Shown here in pieces: positions 62,115-64,000 of a DNA stretch of 64,000 bases. Within the stretch, counting starts at the first letter, position 1. Every line of letters starts with the position of its first letter. The stretch is from NCBI RefSeq assembly GCF_963921235.1, contig NC_086097.1:255628001-255692000 (forward strand), written 5' to 3'. A program made the translations under genes and the position numbers. The notes beneath the pieces are model-generated. The model did no database searches and was not told the origin of the DNA. It was given only the letters and a program-made list of their open reading frames with translations. Origin of the DNA: Mobula hypostoma. Its lineage: Eukaryota.

Positions 62115-63850
62115 TCATGGGCTGATCCAATTCTTCCAGTCATCCCCACTCCCCTGCTTTCTCCCCATACCCTTTGATGCCCGGCTAATCAAGAACATAT
62201 TTTTTCTCTGCCTTAAATACACCCAGTGACTTGACCTCCACAGCCGCTCGTGGCAACAAATTCCACAGATTTACCACCCTCTGACTAAAGTAATTTCTCC
62301 GCATCTCTGTTCTAAATGGACGTCCTTCAATCCTGAAGGTATGCCCTCTTGTCTCAGAATCCCCTAACATGGGAAATAACTTTACCGTATCTAATCTGTT
62401 CAGGGCTTTTAACATTCAGAATGTTTCTGTGAGATCCCCCCCTCATTCTCCTGAACTCCAGACGTTCCTCACATGGTAACCCTTTCATTCCTGGAATCAT
62501 TTTTGTGAATCTTCTCTGAACCCTCTCCAATGTCAGTAAATCCTTTCTAAAATAAAGAGCCCAAAACTGCACACAATACTCCAAGTGTGGTCTCACGAGT
62601 GCCTTATAGAGCCTCAATATCACATCCCTGCTCTTATATTCTATACCTCTAGAAATGAATGCCAATATTGCATTTGCTTTCTTCACAACCGACTCAACCT
62701 GGAGGTTAACCTTTAGGGCATCTTCCACAAGGGCTCCCAAGTCCCTTTGCATCTCTGCATTTTGAATTCTTTCCCCATCGAAATAATAGTTTGCCCGTTT
62801 ATTTCTTCCACCAAAGTGCATGACCATACACTTTCCAACATTGTATTTCATTTGCCACTTCTTTGCCCATTCCCCTAAACTATCTAAGTCTCTCTGCAGG
62901 CTCTCTGTTTCCTCAACACTACCTGCTTCTCCACCTATCTTTGTATCATCGGCAAATTTAGCCACAAATCCATTAATACCGTAGTCCAAATCATTGACAT
63001 ACAGTACATCATAAAAAGCAGCGGTCCCAGCACCGACCCCTGTGAAACTCCACTGGTAAATGGCAGCCAGCCAGAATAATTCCCACTTTGTTTTCTGCCA
63101 ATCAGCCAATGCTCCACACACGCTTGTAATTCCATAGGCTCTTATCTTGCTAAGAACCTATCAAGTTCTGCCTTAAATACACTCTAAGGCATGGCCTCCA
63201 CACCTGCCTGTAGTAACAAATTCCACAAATTTAGCACCCTCTGGCTAAAGAAATTTCTCTGCCTCTGTTTAAAATGGACACCCCTCTATTCTGAGGTTGT
63301 GCCCTCTTGTTCTTGACTCCCCCACCAAAGGAAACATCCTTTCCACATCTAATCTGTCCAGGCCTTTCAACATTCGAAAGGTTTCAAACAGATCCCCTCT
63401 CATCCTTCTGAATCCCTGCAAGTATTAACACAGAGCCATGAAACGTTTTTCATATGATACATCTTTCATTCCCAGAATCATCTTTATGCATCTCTCTGAA
63501 CCCTCTCCAATGTCAGCACATCTTTTCTTAGATGAGGAGCCCAGAACTGTTCATAATACTCAAGGTGAGGCCTCACCAGTACCTTATAAAGACTCATTAA
63601 AACATCCTGCTCTTGTATTCTAGATCTCTTGAAATGAATGCTAACATTGCATTTGCCTTCCTCACCACCGACTCAACCTGCAAGTTAACCTTTAGGGTGT
63701 TCTGCACGAGGACTCCCAAGTCCCTTAGCATTTCAGATTTTCGGATTTTCTCCCCATTTAAAAATAGTCTGTACATTTATTTCTACTAACAAAGTACATG
63801 ACCATGCATTTTCCAACACAGTATTTCATTTGCCACTCTCTTGTCCATTC
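62115..63850 (-). mobile_element. Two tandem degenerate CR1 3' portions
   Basis: ORF 62354-63121 contains KFADDTKIGG and RPHLEYCVQFW. Confidence 0.85.
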
Positions 63851-64000
63851 TGTCATGGTCCGGATCGGGGTCTCTTTAAATTTACTTTGTTTATGTTACG
63901 ATCTGGACCGTTGACTCCCTGTTTCCCTTTGGTTCCCTGTTTTCCCGTGTCCCTCGGCCTTAGTGATTAGAGGCAATTTACTCTCAGCTGAAGCGGTAGT
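63851..64000. mobile_element. Probable LTR start interrupting a CR1
   Basis: Abrupt switch from CR1 to TGTCATGG... (TG terminus). The other end is outside the window. Confidence 0.4.

Noticed and set aside
377..63121. Many reverse transcriptases as a retron, DGR or group II intron system
   Set aside because: All carry non-LTR retrotransposon signatures (APE endonuclease, CR1/L1/Rex motifs, 3' tails) inside a spliced vertebrate gene.

Overview
Vertebrate genomic DNA. The repeat repertoire (CR1, Rex/Babar, V-SINE, Penelope-like) suggests a cartilaginous fish such as a ray; this is an inference. The only host gene I can support is on the minus strand: coding exons 1-9 of a SWI/SNF (BAF) core subunit, most likely SMARCC1/BAF155. 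Its ATG is at 60915, the nine exons splice in frame into 284 codons, and the gene continues past position 1. Intron 8 has a GC donor. Most of the remaining sequence is nested transposable elements: many CR1 LINEs (one very young family), a full-length 5.8 kb L1 with a 17-bp TSD, Rex/Babar LINEs, two Tigger/pogo DNA transposons, SINEs, and Tc1 and LTR fragments. The most interesting signal is a family of short Penelope-like (GIY-YIG-linked) inserts carrying minimal type I hammerhead ribozyme motifs (CUGACGA...GAAACGUC/GACUG) with 12-14 bp TSDs. Several are fold-back inserts whose inverted arm starts exactly at the predicted self-cleavage site. TE boundaries without TSDs are approximate, and no database searches were run.
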